Of a stretch of DNA of 64,000 bases, positions 16,101-23,544 are shown one piece after another (position 1 is the stretch's first letter; every line of letters begins with the position of its first letter). The stretch lies in NCBI GenBank assembly GCA_964474995.1, contig CAYYUY010000002.1, positions 35,755-99,754 of the forward strand. The letters are read 5' to 3'. The translations under genes and the position numbers were made by a program. The notes under the pieces were generated by a model. That model searched no databases. It was not told where the DNA came from and saw nothing but the letters and a program-made list of their open reading frames with translations. The DNA is from an uncultured Candidatus Saccharibacteria bacterium. GTDB lineage: Bacteria > Patescibacteriota > Saccharimonadia > Saccharimonadales > JALRHH01.

Positions 16101-17816
16101 GGCACAAGCCTGGATGACTACACTTCATCATGGACTTGTACGAACGGCCTCGCAGGTGACGGCACTACGACCACCGTATTCTCAGTTGTGACTAGTGAAA
16201 ATGTGACATGTACATTCATCAATGTTCGCAAGGCATCACTAACCATCACTAAAGATGCCAATCCAGATAGCGACCAAGACTTTACATTCACACTCGGCCA
16301 GCAAGATCCAAATGATCTACAAAGCCCGGCAACGATCATCAAGTCATTCATACTTGACGATGATGCAGATGCCACACATTCAAACACCGAACAAACTACC
16401 AGCCTCGTACCTGGCACCTACGTTATAGACGAAGCCGCTACTACCGGCTGGGACCTCACGAATGTCAACTGCGGCGAAGGTATTCAGTTCAGCAGACAAG
16501 ATGGCACAATCACCCTCACAATTGCAGCGGGTGCAAACATCACTTGTACGTTCACCAACACGCAGCGCGGCAGTATCACGATCATCAAGGATGCACAGCC
16601 CGATTCCGATCAGGCATTTACCTTCACTGGTAACCTTACCGGTGACAATGGGCCGAACTTCACACTGACCGACAACGGAAGCCTGGATGGCATGCAGCAG
16701 CGTGTATTCAATAACATGCCCCAAGGAACATACACCGTAACCGAACCTAATAACGTAAAAGGTTGGGATTTGACCGACATCACATGCGTGGGCGGCTCAG
16801 ACAAAACAACCGATACCCACGAACGTAACGCAGTTATCAAGCTCAAGCCTGGTGAGAATGTCACCTGTACCTTCACCAACGAAGCTGTACCGCCAACCAT
16901 AAAAGTCATCAAGCATGTCATCAACGATGATGGTGGTGCCATGGACGCAAGCAACTTCACTATGCACGTCACATCAAATGACACTGAAGCTGCTCACTTC
17001 CCAGGTGATGAAGCAGGTACCACAACTGCGGTCGCCGTTGGTAGCTACTCAGTCGACGAAGACCAACTGCCAGGTTACACTGCCAGCTTCAGCGAAGGAT
17101 GCTCCGGCACCGTCGAGCTTGGAGACAAAGTCACCTGTACTATTACCAATAATGACAACCCTGCAAGTCTGACCATTACCAAATCAAATGATCAGGTCGG
17201 CCCAGCATCAGTCGGTGATGATGTTACGTACACGCTCACCATTACAAACCCAGATACCGAGGAACACCCTGGTGGCGTCGTCTACAACACGGCTGTCACA
17301 GACCTTCCTCCAGACAACTTCGAGTACGTTGCTGGTAGCTGGTCAGCCAGTTCTACTGTTCCTGAGCACAACGTCGGAACTGATATATCAGAAGGTAGCC
17401 CAACACACGAGCCAACCTATGGATCACCTGGTGTGTGGCATATTGGTACCATGCTTCCAGGTGAAGTCATTACGCTCCTCTACCATGTCCACATCCTCCA
17501 AAATGTTACCGCTGGTACGTACCCTGACCTGGCCTTTGCTCGGGGCGCTACACAGAACAGTACGGTAGTCTTGGCCGGCTGTACTGGCGTATCCTGTGTC
17601 AATGCAAGCGGAACACCATTTGTAGGTACGCAGGTAAGTCTTGCACTCGCCACCGTACCGCCAAAAGTCTTCACCGCAAGTAAGGTGTCTGAACTAGTTA
17701 ATACTGGTCAGCCTATCTTGCCACAGCAAGTCATCGTACCGATATTACTACTCCTCGGAGCATACATAACCCGCCGGGCTGCACCCCGTAGTCTCAGCAA
17801 AGGAGGCCGACTATGA
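13164..17816 (+). CDS. 1550-aa sortase-substrate surface adhesin with about 12 tandem SpaA/prealbumin-like beta-sandwich modules, a DUF11 domain and an LVNTG sorting signal
   Basis: Signal peptide. Repeated module ends of the type CTFTNT(R/Q)xxGx(V/I)T(V/I)xK. DUF11-like VGDDVTYTLTITNPD. The C-terminus has LVNTG, a hydrophobic stretch and RRAAPR. Confidence 0.85.
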   Translation: MAISISPRHIKRLKSSLVAMLFVATQVVFPFAAGGIASAAASIGVSTSQGQEFPSLTWSSGNITTYQEGDFINFRFDVSTSGASSGQMKVQYANDECGFFDGSFALLTTTNTSGATPTVAKVGPSTLVGSDWEQVLSVNFTGAGTDTINYKLKLGQDAGQCNGSSTHVVLDNVNGPAGGDFSNIGALTVPIPAKDIIELPEIFVTKKVDTNGDGVSDRNATAGEWSFSLDGGTPVATDANGQVTFTNVIPNGTHIITEVNGPPDQSFLSGSGSGCTFNGSTATATVQSGTTSTDATCVFTNTVKKGSITIVKDATPDSTQVFHFSTTTNSSVFPAFDLDDDGSNVNAHSNTQTYSNLLSGTYTVTEDNTPGWDFSSLSCNNAAGAVSGKTATITITSGQNVVCTYGNTQQGTITVNKSLSPTNDPGKFNLQINGVTAGTGANVGNGGTTGTQSYSAGGSFTVGETQGNVGILSDYTSSYTCLDNGNSLVSGSGTLSSSFSLGAGHNVVCTFTNTRNTGSVTVNKMLRSDATGSFLPANPGIFTWGLDSGATTNAMGSTLSSINTGSHSVAENSVTGYHPVGWYLTSDTQHSCLNPTSSTFPIDVAVTTGQTASVTICNARDTGTLQVLKNVDLNADGDFSDPGETNSDAWQWQANGGTNHTTGDAPIAVVTDNYTLTETGSTDYHNTGFSCTGGIYNGTTVTVATGDNAVCTFVNVRNTGLISFLKNVVGGTASASDWLFTVSDAAGTTAHSGDSRTILTGSYGVLESGGPIGYTLTTDNTPGNVCTLSNGIITLMVSQAGGLCSITNTRDTGSVKVNKLLDNDGNGTFELTNPGDFSWNIDTTPVSTNNAMGTTLPGVETNPYHVTENSPANYHPVGWFTGSPTSTQNPCTNLTNTTLPAGINVTKDQTTEITLCNARDTGTVTVNKSLVPASDSGKFNLNINGITKTAVGGVGDGGTTGAVIVPTAAAQTASETAAPGTSLDDYTSSWTCTNGLAGDGTTTTVFSVVTSENVTCTFINVRKASLTITKDANPDSDQDFTFTLGQQDPNDLQSPATIIKSFILDDDADATHSNTEQTTSLVPGTYVIDEAATTGWDLTNVNCGEGIQFSRQDGTITLTIAAGANITCTFTNTQRGSITIIKDAQPDSDQAFTFTGNLTGDNGPNFTLTDNGSLDGMQQRVFNNMPQGTYTVTEPNNVKGWDLTDITCVGGSDKTTDTHERNAVIKLKPGENVTCTFTNEAVPPTIKVIKHVINDDGGAMDASNFTMHVTSNDTEAAHFPGDEAGTTTAVAVGSYSVDEDQLPGYTASFSEGCSGTVELGDKVTCTITNNDNPASLTITKSNDQVGPASVGDDVTYTLTITNPDTEEHPGGVVYNTAVTDLPPDNFEYVAGSWSASSTVPEHNVGTDISEGSPTHEPTYGSPGVWHIGTMLPGEVITLLYHVHILQNVTAGTYPDLAFARGATQNSTVVLAGCTGVSCVNASGTPFVGTQVSLALATVPPKVFTASKVSELVNTGQPILPQQVIVPILLLLGAYITRRAAPRSLSKGGRL

Positions 17817-18808
17817 ACCGTTTTAAAATCGCAGTAGCTGCCTTTGTCAGTACACTCGCACTCTCACTTGGATTGGTTGCTTCAGCTGCCACAGCTTGGC
17901 ACCTTGATATCTCGACACCAAACAGTGTCCAGACGAGTCATACATTCAACGTGCAGTACACAGTGCTCGCAACCGATAACGCCAACTTCACCGTACAGCT
18001 GCTCCAGAATGAAGTACCAGTTGGTAGCCCCCAAAATACCAACACCGACCCAAACGGTCTCAATGGTAACTCTGGTACCTTTGCCGTCAACGTACCAAGC
18101 GATGGTAGCTACAAGTACCAGGTACAAGCGACATGTAGCTGTGGTGGTGCGTCGCAAACAACAGCTCCAAAGACAGTGAACGTCGACGCAACCGCGCCAG
18201 CCGCCCCAACCTACAACGGCAAAACTCGTAGCGGTAATGCGTACACCATCAGCTTCAAAGCTCCAGCCGATGCTGATGTACAGACAGTCAAGATCTTTGC
18301 ATCAACTAGTAGCAGTTTTACTGCAAATAGTGCCACACAGATTGGCACTGTTAACGTCAGTCCAAGCCAAGTTGTCAGCTTCGGCTACAATGCGCCGGAT
18401 GGCACTCCACGATTCGTCGCAGTCCAAGCATTTGACGGTGCTGGCAATGGCTCAAACGCAGTCGGTGACCCAAACATCGTGGTCGTCACCCAAGCTACCT
18501 CAACCACTACAGGTAGTGGCGTAAATGGTGGCGGTAGTGGCGCAGGCGGCGCTACAAATGGAACAGTTGAAGGTGCAACCACTGGCGGCACCAATGGTTC
18601 AGCTACAAATGGACAAGGACAAGTTAACAGTAATGGTTCCTCAAGCTCACAGGCTGGTGTACTCGGTACCGAAACTGGCAAAAAAGCAGCTCAGAAGAAT
18701 CACTTCCCTTGGGGCCCAAGCATCATTGCGGTCCTTGCCGTAGGCAGCGCTGCATACTATTGGTTCATCCACCGTGCGGGCCGAGGCTTCTTCATCCGAG
18801 GCGAATAA
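17813..18808 (+). CDS. Surface protein with Ig/FN3-like domains, Gly/Ser/Thr-rich stalk and C-terminal TM anchor
   Basis: Signal peptide. FN3-like segment PAAPTYNGKTRSGNAYTISFKAP...VKIFAS. GGSGAGGATNG linker. Terminal TM followed by HRAGRG. ATGA-coupled to the adhesin gene. Confidence 0.7.
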   Translation: MNRFKIAVAAFVSTLALSLGLVASAATAWHLDISTPNSVQTSHTFNVQYTVLATDNANFTVQLLQNEVPVGSPQNTNTDPNGLNGNSGTFAVNVPSDGSYKYQVQATCSCGGASQTTAPKTVNVDATAPAAPTYNGKTRSGNAYTISFKAPADADVQTVKIFASTSSSFTANSATQIGTVNVSPSQVVSFGYNAPDGTPRFVAVQAFDGAGNGSNAVGDPNIVVVTQATSTTTGSGVNGGGSGAGGATNGTVEGATTGGTNGSATNGQGQVNSNGSSSSQAGVLGTETGKKAAQKNHFPWGPSIIAVLAVGSAAYYWFIHRAGRGFFIRGE

Positions 18809-18821
18809 ACTTTCTTAGATA

Positions 18822-19166
18822 TTAGCTACGCTTCGGTAACGGAACAGTCAACATAAATATACCCATCAACGTAGCCGGTCCAAATGCTGATCGGCTATTT
18901 TGATGAGCTGGAGGTTGATTCTGATTATCAGTCACAAGCGAACGCTGTATGCTCACAGCTAGCTCATGTGCTGGCTTTGACTGGTTACAACCTTCAGGGA
19001 TGAGTCTCGATACCTGCGTCGTACCATCATTGATAATTTCGATCGTACACTGCATGGGCGTGACTGCGATACTGAGTGAGGTGTTTGCGGCTGCGTGCAC
19101 ATGGCCAGACGTTGCCACAAAAGAGAACACAGCAAGCCCGGTGGCCAATATAATACGGAAAAACAT
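18822..19166 (-). CDS. Small secreted/anchored hypothetical protein
   Basis: 114 aa with a signal peptide (VATSGHVHAA) and a hydrophobic C-terminus. Its start overlaps the upstream stop (TAATG). Confidence 0.5.
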   Translation of the reverse strand: MFFRIILATGLAVFSFVATSGHVHAAANTSLSIAVTPMQCTIEIINDGTTQVSRLIPEGCNQSKPAHELAVSIQRSLVTDNQNQPPAHQNSRSAFGPATLMGIFMLTVPLPKRS

Positions 19167-20833
19167 TAGTTTGCCACCACTGTAAGAGTCAAATTTAGAC
19201 TATAGGAGCCCGGAAGTTGCCCTCCTGGTATTTGCTGCGATGCCGAGATACCGGTCACGTCCCAGTAACACCAGGCGTCAGTGCCTGCAGACGAGTTTAG
19301 TAGTGTAATTGCGTTGATACTGCCCTCTGAAAATGCCGATGAGGACCCTTTGCTGATGCCCGTACCACTACATACAGGCCGCGGAGTAACAGTACTCACT
19401 GACGGGTTAATCGTTAGCTGACCACCTTTACTATCGGGGTCACCGCTATCGCTACACCCGCCAGGGCTTCCTCCACTGTCATTGTAGTCATAGGCGTTAG
19501 TGCCACCATCAGACCACAAGGCCGTAGCGCCACCGGTTGCCGCAATGCTAACCGTCCAGCTTGGGTCATCTGTGGTGTTTTTAAGGCGCAATTTCTGGGC
19601 TGCGGTACCTATGGTTGCAGTTGTTGAACCACATACAACTGGTACGATTAAACTACTGAACCCAAACGATGGCGAGCCAACTGATATCCCGGAGGCGTCA
19701 ACGATGTCAGTGTTCAAACTTCCGGCGGAGGAAGTGGTTATCTCAGGGTACGTCGTGTAGGTTGTAAAAGCAGCTGTACCCGCGACGAGACGAAAGCAGT
19801 AAGTAGTATTGGGTGCGCCTGCCGTACCAACAAGTGAAAAATCCCATAGGCCATCTTGGCCAATGCCCACATTACTGGCAGTACTTGCGGGGTTGGACTC
19901 GGTGTATTTCTCAGTAATCTTAGTATCACTTGCATGCGTTGGATCGTTGGCATTCGTAGTTAGCGTCGAGCCATCGGCTGGACTACTATTATCAAACGGC
20001 GCAAAGGCAGTACTGCCATTAACATCGGCATATGTCAGCGTTGAGCATGCAGCTGTTTTTTGAGCAATTTGTAACTTGAAGGTTTCGCCGCCGGCAAATA
20101 ACGTGGTCGTCGTTACGTGCACAAGCATGCGGAGTCGTACACGATCTCTTGGAGCATAAAGTGTGGGGCCAGTATTTTGAGCCGCCAGTGCTGGACCGAC
20201 GTCCGTACTGTTATTATTATCAAACCATCGATACGCTGATTGATTGTAGTCAGGCATATCGTACGTAATGGTGACTGTTACAAAATCTAGTGAAAAGTTG
20301 ACTCCGAACAAGCCTGATCGTTTCGCACCAATTTGTGTGCCAAATGCCGTGTTTAAAAGGTCACCCCGTGCCCATGAGCGACAAGATGTTACGTCTGCCA
20401 CAAATGTAGTATCCGAGGTTGGACCACTAGTATCGGCAACAGCAGTTCCAGGGCACGGACTACCACCAACCATAGCCTGTACGCTCAACGTAACAGTATC
20501 TAATGCGTTATTTGTCTTATACTGAGCATTAATTTTGACGTTGGTAATCTTGGCATTAATCGGTAAATTACTGTCAAAATTATAGGTATTCCAGATACCA
20601 TTAACCGTAGCGTTATTCGCCGGGCTTGATGTGGCATAGACGTTGTTGTCAGCCGTTCCTTGGGCGTTTGCTGGGTTTGTCCAGCCATTCGTGCCCTGGC
20701 CTCCAGCACCATTTGTAAGCGTTAAGCCAGTTGCAGCATGAACCTTGATCGGTAGCCCAACAATCCACGATATGACGAGTGCTATCAAGATGACAGTAAC
20801 CCTTGTCAGTTCAAATGCATGACGCTTGTGCAT
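19166..20833 (-). CDS. Large secreted protein with C-terminal WxL-like domain
   Basis: Signal peptide. The C-terminal ~190 aa are paralogous to the whole of 22040..22726 (QLTINPSV/QLTIDPSV, AITLLN/AITLIN, SYSLNLTLTVVAN/SYSVNLTLTATAL). The pattern resembles the WxL cell-surface domain. Confidence 0.55.
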   Translation of the reverse strand: MHKRHAFELTRVTVILIALVISWIVGLPIKVHAATGLTLTNGAGGQGTNGWTNPANAQGTADNNVYATSSPANNATVNGIWNTYNFDSNLPINAKITNVKINAQYKTNNALDTVTLSVQAMVGGSPCPGTAVADTSGPTSDTTFVADVTSCRSWARGDLLNTAFGTQIGAKRSGLFGVNFSLDFVTVTITYDMPDYNQSAYRWFDNNNSTDVGPALAAQNTGPTLYAPRDRVRLRMLVHVTTTTLFAGGETFKLQIAQKTAACSTLTYADVNGSTAFAPFDNSSPADGSTLTTNANDPTHASDTKITEKYTESNPASTASNVGIGQDGLWDFSLVGTAGAPNTTYCFRLVAGTAAFTTYTTYPEITTSSAGSLNTDIVDASGISVGSPSFGFSSLIVPVVCGSTTATIGTAAQKLRLKNTTDDPSWTVSIAATGGATALWSDGGTNAYDYNDSGGSPGGCSDSGDPDSKGGQLTINPSVSTVTPRPVCSGTGISKGSSSAFSEGSINAITLLNSSAGTDAWCYWDVTGISASQQIPGGQLPGSYSLNLTLTVVAN

Positions 20834-20839
20834 GCGAAG

Positions 20840-21979
20840 TTACCGTTTCTTATCTTCGACAGGAAGCTTGATGTTGCTGCCCGGCTTGAGCTCATACGGG
20901 GCTTTAAGCTTGTTCATGCGGGCGACCAGCTTCCAATTTGTGTGGAAATCCTTGGCCAAACTGTTGATTGTGTCACCAGAGCCAACAACAAAGGTTTGCC
21001 ATTTTTTGGCTCGCTTAGTGTTGCGTCGCTTGCGCCAAATAAGCCAAATAATAATCAGCGTGATGAGGATCACAAAAAGTAGATAAATAATAGTTTGGGC
21101 ACCAGCAGGTGCAACGAAGAAACACGCAGTTGGACCTGTCGCCTGAGTATTTTTAGGGCCATTCCCAAGTGCTTGCGTTGGGTCGTTATTATATTTGGCA
21201 GTCCCTTCGGCTTTGTACCAACCACCCCACTGCGGTCGAGGAAACTCGTAATTAAGTTCCGTGGCCTGTTTCTGTGCGAGGAATGGATAGGTCCCGCCAT
21301 TGGCATATATTTTTGTGCCATAGCAGCTTTTTACATCGACGTGCACATCAGCATCAAGCGATACATTACCCCTGTTTTCGAGGCTTGCAGTTACGACATA
21401 CTTAGCTGGCCCTGGTTTGACGGTCAGCCCAGCAAAGTCCAATGACTTTTTGATATCACCCGGTACCGTGATTGCCATACGAAGTGCTGATCGGAAGCTG
21501 AGCTGTACGCCGTTACCGCCGGCGGTTGGCGCTTCTTTTGATTGCACCACCACGCAGCCATTATGCTCGCCAACATCAGCTGTCTTTGGGACAGTTACGG
21601 TAAACGCAACATTCTGTGACGTATTATTCGCAAGATGCAGGCTGGTCGTCGTCAGTTTTATCCACGAGCCAACAGCTTTTGGTGAGTCGCTCTTTTGGGC
21701 GCACGTAAATGAGCCGCCACTCGCGACCTCAGAGTCAGTCGCATACACATCAATATCTTTTGCCTGACCAGTGTTATTGACGACCTTAATTGCGTCTGTC
21801 TTGCTGGCACCGTTGGCCAATGTGTAGACAAAGATCGACTTGGTGCGAGGGTTATTTGGATCAGGATTTGCGGGCACGCCTCCAAGGCCGCCATAGTCGA
21901 CGGCCGAAACAGCTGCTGGTACTGTGATTACCCCAATCAATACCAAACATAAAACAAGAAAGGAACGCCTCGCAAACAT
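20840..21979 (-). CDS. DUF916/DUF3324-like cell-surface protein with TM segment and C-terminal LysM domain
   Basis: VDYGGLGGVPANPDPNNPRTKSIFVYTL...VVNNTGQAKDIDVYATDS matches the DUF916 pattern. TM IIYLLFVILITLIIIWLIW. The C-terminus YVVGSGDTINSLAKDF...ELKPGSNIKLP is LysM. Confidence 0.55.
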   Translation of the reverse strand: MFARRSFLVLCLVLIGVITVPAAVSAVDYGGLGGVPANPDPNNPRTKSIFVYTLANGASKTDAIKVVNNTGQAKDIDVYATDSEVASGGSFTCAQKSDSPKAVGSWIKLTTTSLHLANNTSQNVAFTVTVPKTADVGEHNGCVVVQSKEAPTAGGNGVQLSFRSALRMAITVPGDIKKSLDFAGLTVKPGPAKYVVTASLENRGNVSLDADVHVDVKSCYGTKIYANGGTYPFLAQKQATELNYEFPRPQWGGWYKAEGTAKYNNDPTQALGNGPKNTQATGPTACFFVAPAGAQTIIYLLFVILITLIIIWLIWRKRRNTKRAKKWQTFVVGSGDTINSLAKDFHTNWKLVARMNKLKAPYELKPGSNIKLPVEDKKR

Positions 21980-22039
21980 ACTTCCCCTTTGGTCACTATT
22001 GTACCCGGGAAGTAGGCCGAACGTCTAGGAGAAAACGAA

Positions 22040-22726
22040 TTACAGTGCGGTTGCAGTAAGTGTCAGATTGACACTATACGAATCGACAGGTGTTTCTGCC
22101 GGGATTGTTTGGCTCAGTCCCGCACCTGTCAGGTAACCGCGCCAGACATCGTCTGAGGTTGCCCCAGCGTTGATAAGTGTGATCGCGTCTGTAGTGCTCT
22201 GGTTAAAGCCTGTTGATGCCCCCTTCGTGACACCTGTCAATGTACAGCTTGCACAGTCAGTCGTAAGTGTACCTACAGATGGATCAATCGTGAGCTGGCC
22301 AGAAGATACGTCAACATCTGCACCGTCAGTACAACCGCCGGTAGTTGGATCGTTGAAATCAAAGAAGTTTGTAGCGCCACCGTTTGCCCACCTGGCAGTT
22401 GGACCAGCTGTTGCAGCAATGGCGAGTGTGAAGCCATTATTAGCTGCCCCTGGATTCGTTACGTACAGACGTTGTGTGTTGGTACCAAGCGTACCTGTTG
22501 AAGCACTGGCGCCAGTCTGACAATCAAAAGAAAAGGCTTTTGAGCTCATGGCGGCCGAAGGTGATGCGACTGGCGTACGAGTGGCATCGAGGATATCAGT
22601 CGAGAGGACACCAGCAGTAATTGTCTGGGTAAGGGTTGAGTTCGAAGCTGCAAACACAACACCACCGAATAAGGCCGTCAGTGCGAGCGACCAAACTACT
22701 CCGTGTAATGCTTTTAGTTTTTTCAT
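22040..22726 (-). CDS. WxL-like domain secreted protein
   Basis: Signal peptide followed by a single domain paralogous to the C-terminus of 19166..20833. It is the first gene of a four-gene minus-strand operon. Confidence 0.55.
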   Translation of the reverse strand: MKKLKALHGVVWSLALTALFGGVVFAASNSTLTQTITAGVLSTDILDATRTPVASPSAAMSSKAFSFDCQTGASASTGTLGTNTQRLYVTNPGAANNGFTLAIAATAGPTARWANGGATNFFDFNDPTTGGCTDGADVDVSSGQLTIDPSVGTLTTDCASCTLTGVTKGASTGFNQSTTDAITLINAGATSDDVWRGYLTGAGLSQTIPAETPVDSYSVNLTLTATAL

Positions 22727-22802
22727 TTTTTAAATTTTAGACTCTTATACATAAGAGTAATGACCTCTGGTATTAATGTCAAGTATTTCGTTGTCATAAT
22801 AA

Positions 22803-22836
22803 CCAAACAAAAAACCAGTCACCAGGACTGGTTTTT
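22803..22836 (-). terminator. Rho-independent (bidirectional-looking) terminator
   Basis: AAAACCAGTC-ACCAG-GACTGGTTTT forms a 10-bp stem flanked by A- and T-runs. It separates the tRNA-His region from the WxL operon promoter. Confidence 0.65.
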
Positions 22837-22840
22837 TGTT

Positions 22841-22859
22841 TGGGGCGAGCTATGGGGAT
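22841..22859. repeat. Orphan copy of the tRNA-His 3' end (identical to 23013-23031)
   Basis: TGGGGCGAGCTATGGGGAT occurs at both positions, 172 bp apart in direct orientation. This is an att-scar-like arrangement. Confidence 0.9.
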
Positions 22860-23012
22860 CGCCTCGCCAGCAGAACAAAATGTTCTGCCTAGGCGACCCC
22901 AAGCACCTTCGGCGCTTCTGAGGCAAGGGTCCGGAATATGCCACTGGCATATTCGTTCAATCCCCACATAACAACCATATAAAAAACGCCACACAAGGTG
23001 ACGTTTTTTATA

Positions 23013-23090
23013 TGGGGCGAGCTATGGGGATTGAACCCACGACCTCCGGAACCACAACCCGGCGCTCTAACCAACTGAGCTAAGCCCGCC
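23013..23090 (-). tRNA. tRNA-His(GTG) with encoded G-1 and CCA
   Basis: Hand fold: G(-1)/GCGGGCT/TA/GCTC-AGTTGGTTA-GAGC/G/CCGGG-TTGTGGT-TCCGG/AGGTC/GTGGG-TTCAATC-CCCAT/AGCTCGC/C/CCA. The extra 5' G opposite C73 is the His identity element. Confidence 0.88.
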
Positions 23091-23185
23091 ATATTATCTT
23101 AAAATGTACGTTTTTCTGGACTTATAATCTAATCATGTTGGTTAGATCGCCAGGGCGCAGCCATTCAATTCTTGCAGCAAGCTGC

Positions 23186-23206
23186 ACCAACTGGGCTAAG
23201 TTCGCC
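23186..23206. repeat. Diverged orphan copy (18/21) of the tRNA-His 5' segment, 116 bp upstream of the gene
   Basis: ACCAACTGGGCTAAGTTCGCC versus ACCAACTGAGCTAAGCCCGCC (23070-23090). It is abutted by the same TGCAGCAAGCTGC 13-mer (23173-23185) as at 6257-6269. Confidence 0.8.
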
Positions 23207-23282
23207 AAAATTTTAAATAACAGGGGTAATTTTACCCTATCCTGCCGATAATAACAACTGTGCTCGTACAGTAATATCTTTG

Positions 23283-23359
23283 TGGTGCCCCGGGCTGGAC
23301 TCGAACCAGCGACCTTAGGCTTAGAAGTCCTCTGCTCTATCCAGCTGAGCTACCAGGGC
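23283..23359 (-). tRNA. tRNA-Arg(TCT), CCA encoded, weak anticodon stem
   Basis: Hand fold: GCCCTGG/TA/GCTC-AGCTGGATA-GAGC/A/GAGGA-CTTCTAA-GCCTA/AGGTC/GCTGG-TTCGAGT-CCAGC/CCGGGGC/A/CCA. Pairs 27:43 and 31:39 are mismatched, leaving only 3 Watson-Crick pairs in the anticodon stem. Confidence 0.7.
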
Positions 23360-23460
23360 ATGCACCATCTCTCGAATGTTAAATCAGTACGACTTAATTG
23401 TACCAGTCTACCTTGATGGCACTGGAAGAGCATCTGCTTTCTTCATTTTGCCTAACGGCG

Positions 23461-23493
23461 CCAGCCAAGCTACCAGGGCATGCACCATCTCTC
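23461..23493. repeat. Orphan copy (31/33) of the tRNA-Arg(TCT) 5' segment plus 14 nt of its 5' flank, exactly 120 bp upstream
   Basis: CCAGCCAAGCTACCAGGGCATGCACCATCTCTC versus CCAGCTGAGCTACCAGGGCATGCACCATCTCTC at 23341-23373. Confidence 0.9.
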
Positions 23494-23544
23494 TGTACCT
23501 TGCGACAATTATACCGAAGTTCCGGCATTCCGTATAATAGCGCT

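Noticed and set aside
13361-17674. About 20 ORFs of 60-126 aa on both strands inside the 1550-aa adhesin gene (for example 13661-13990, 16610-16984, 17188-17568)
   Set aside because: All are nested within, or antisense to, a single uninterrupted 4.6-kb ORF with clear repeat-domain logic. Their sequences are low-complexity shadows of the Thr/Gly/Val-rich frame.
22794-23092. ORFs 22794-22994 and 22889-23092 (the latter starting MAGLAQLVRAPG...)
   Set aside because: They read through tRNA-His and its duplicated 3' end. AQLVRAPG-type peptides are the classic translation of tRNA genes and are not real proteins.
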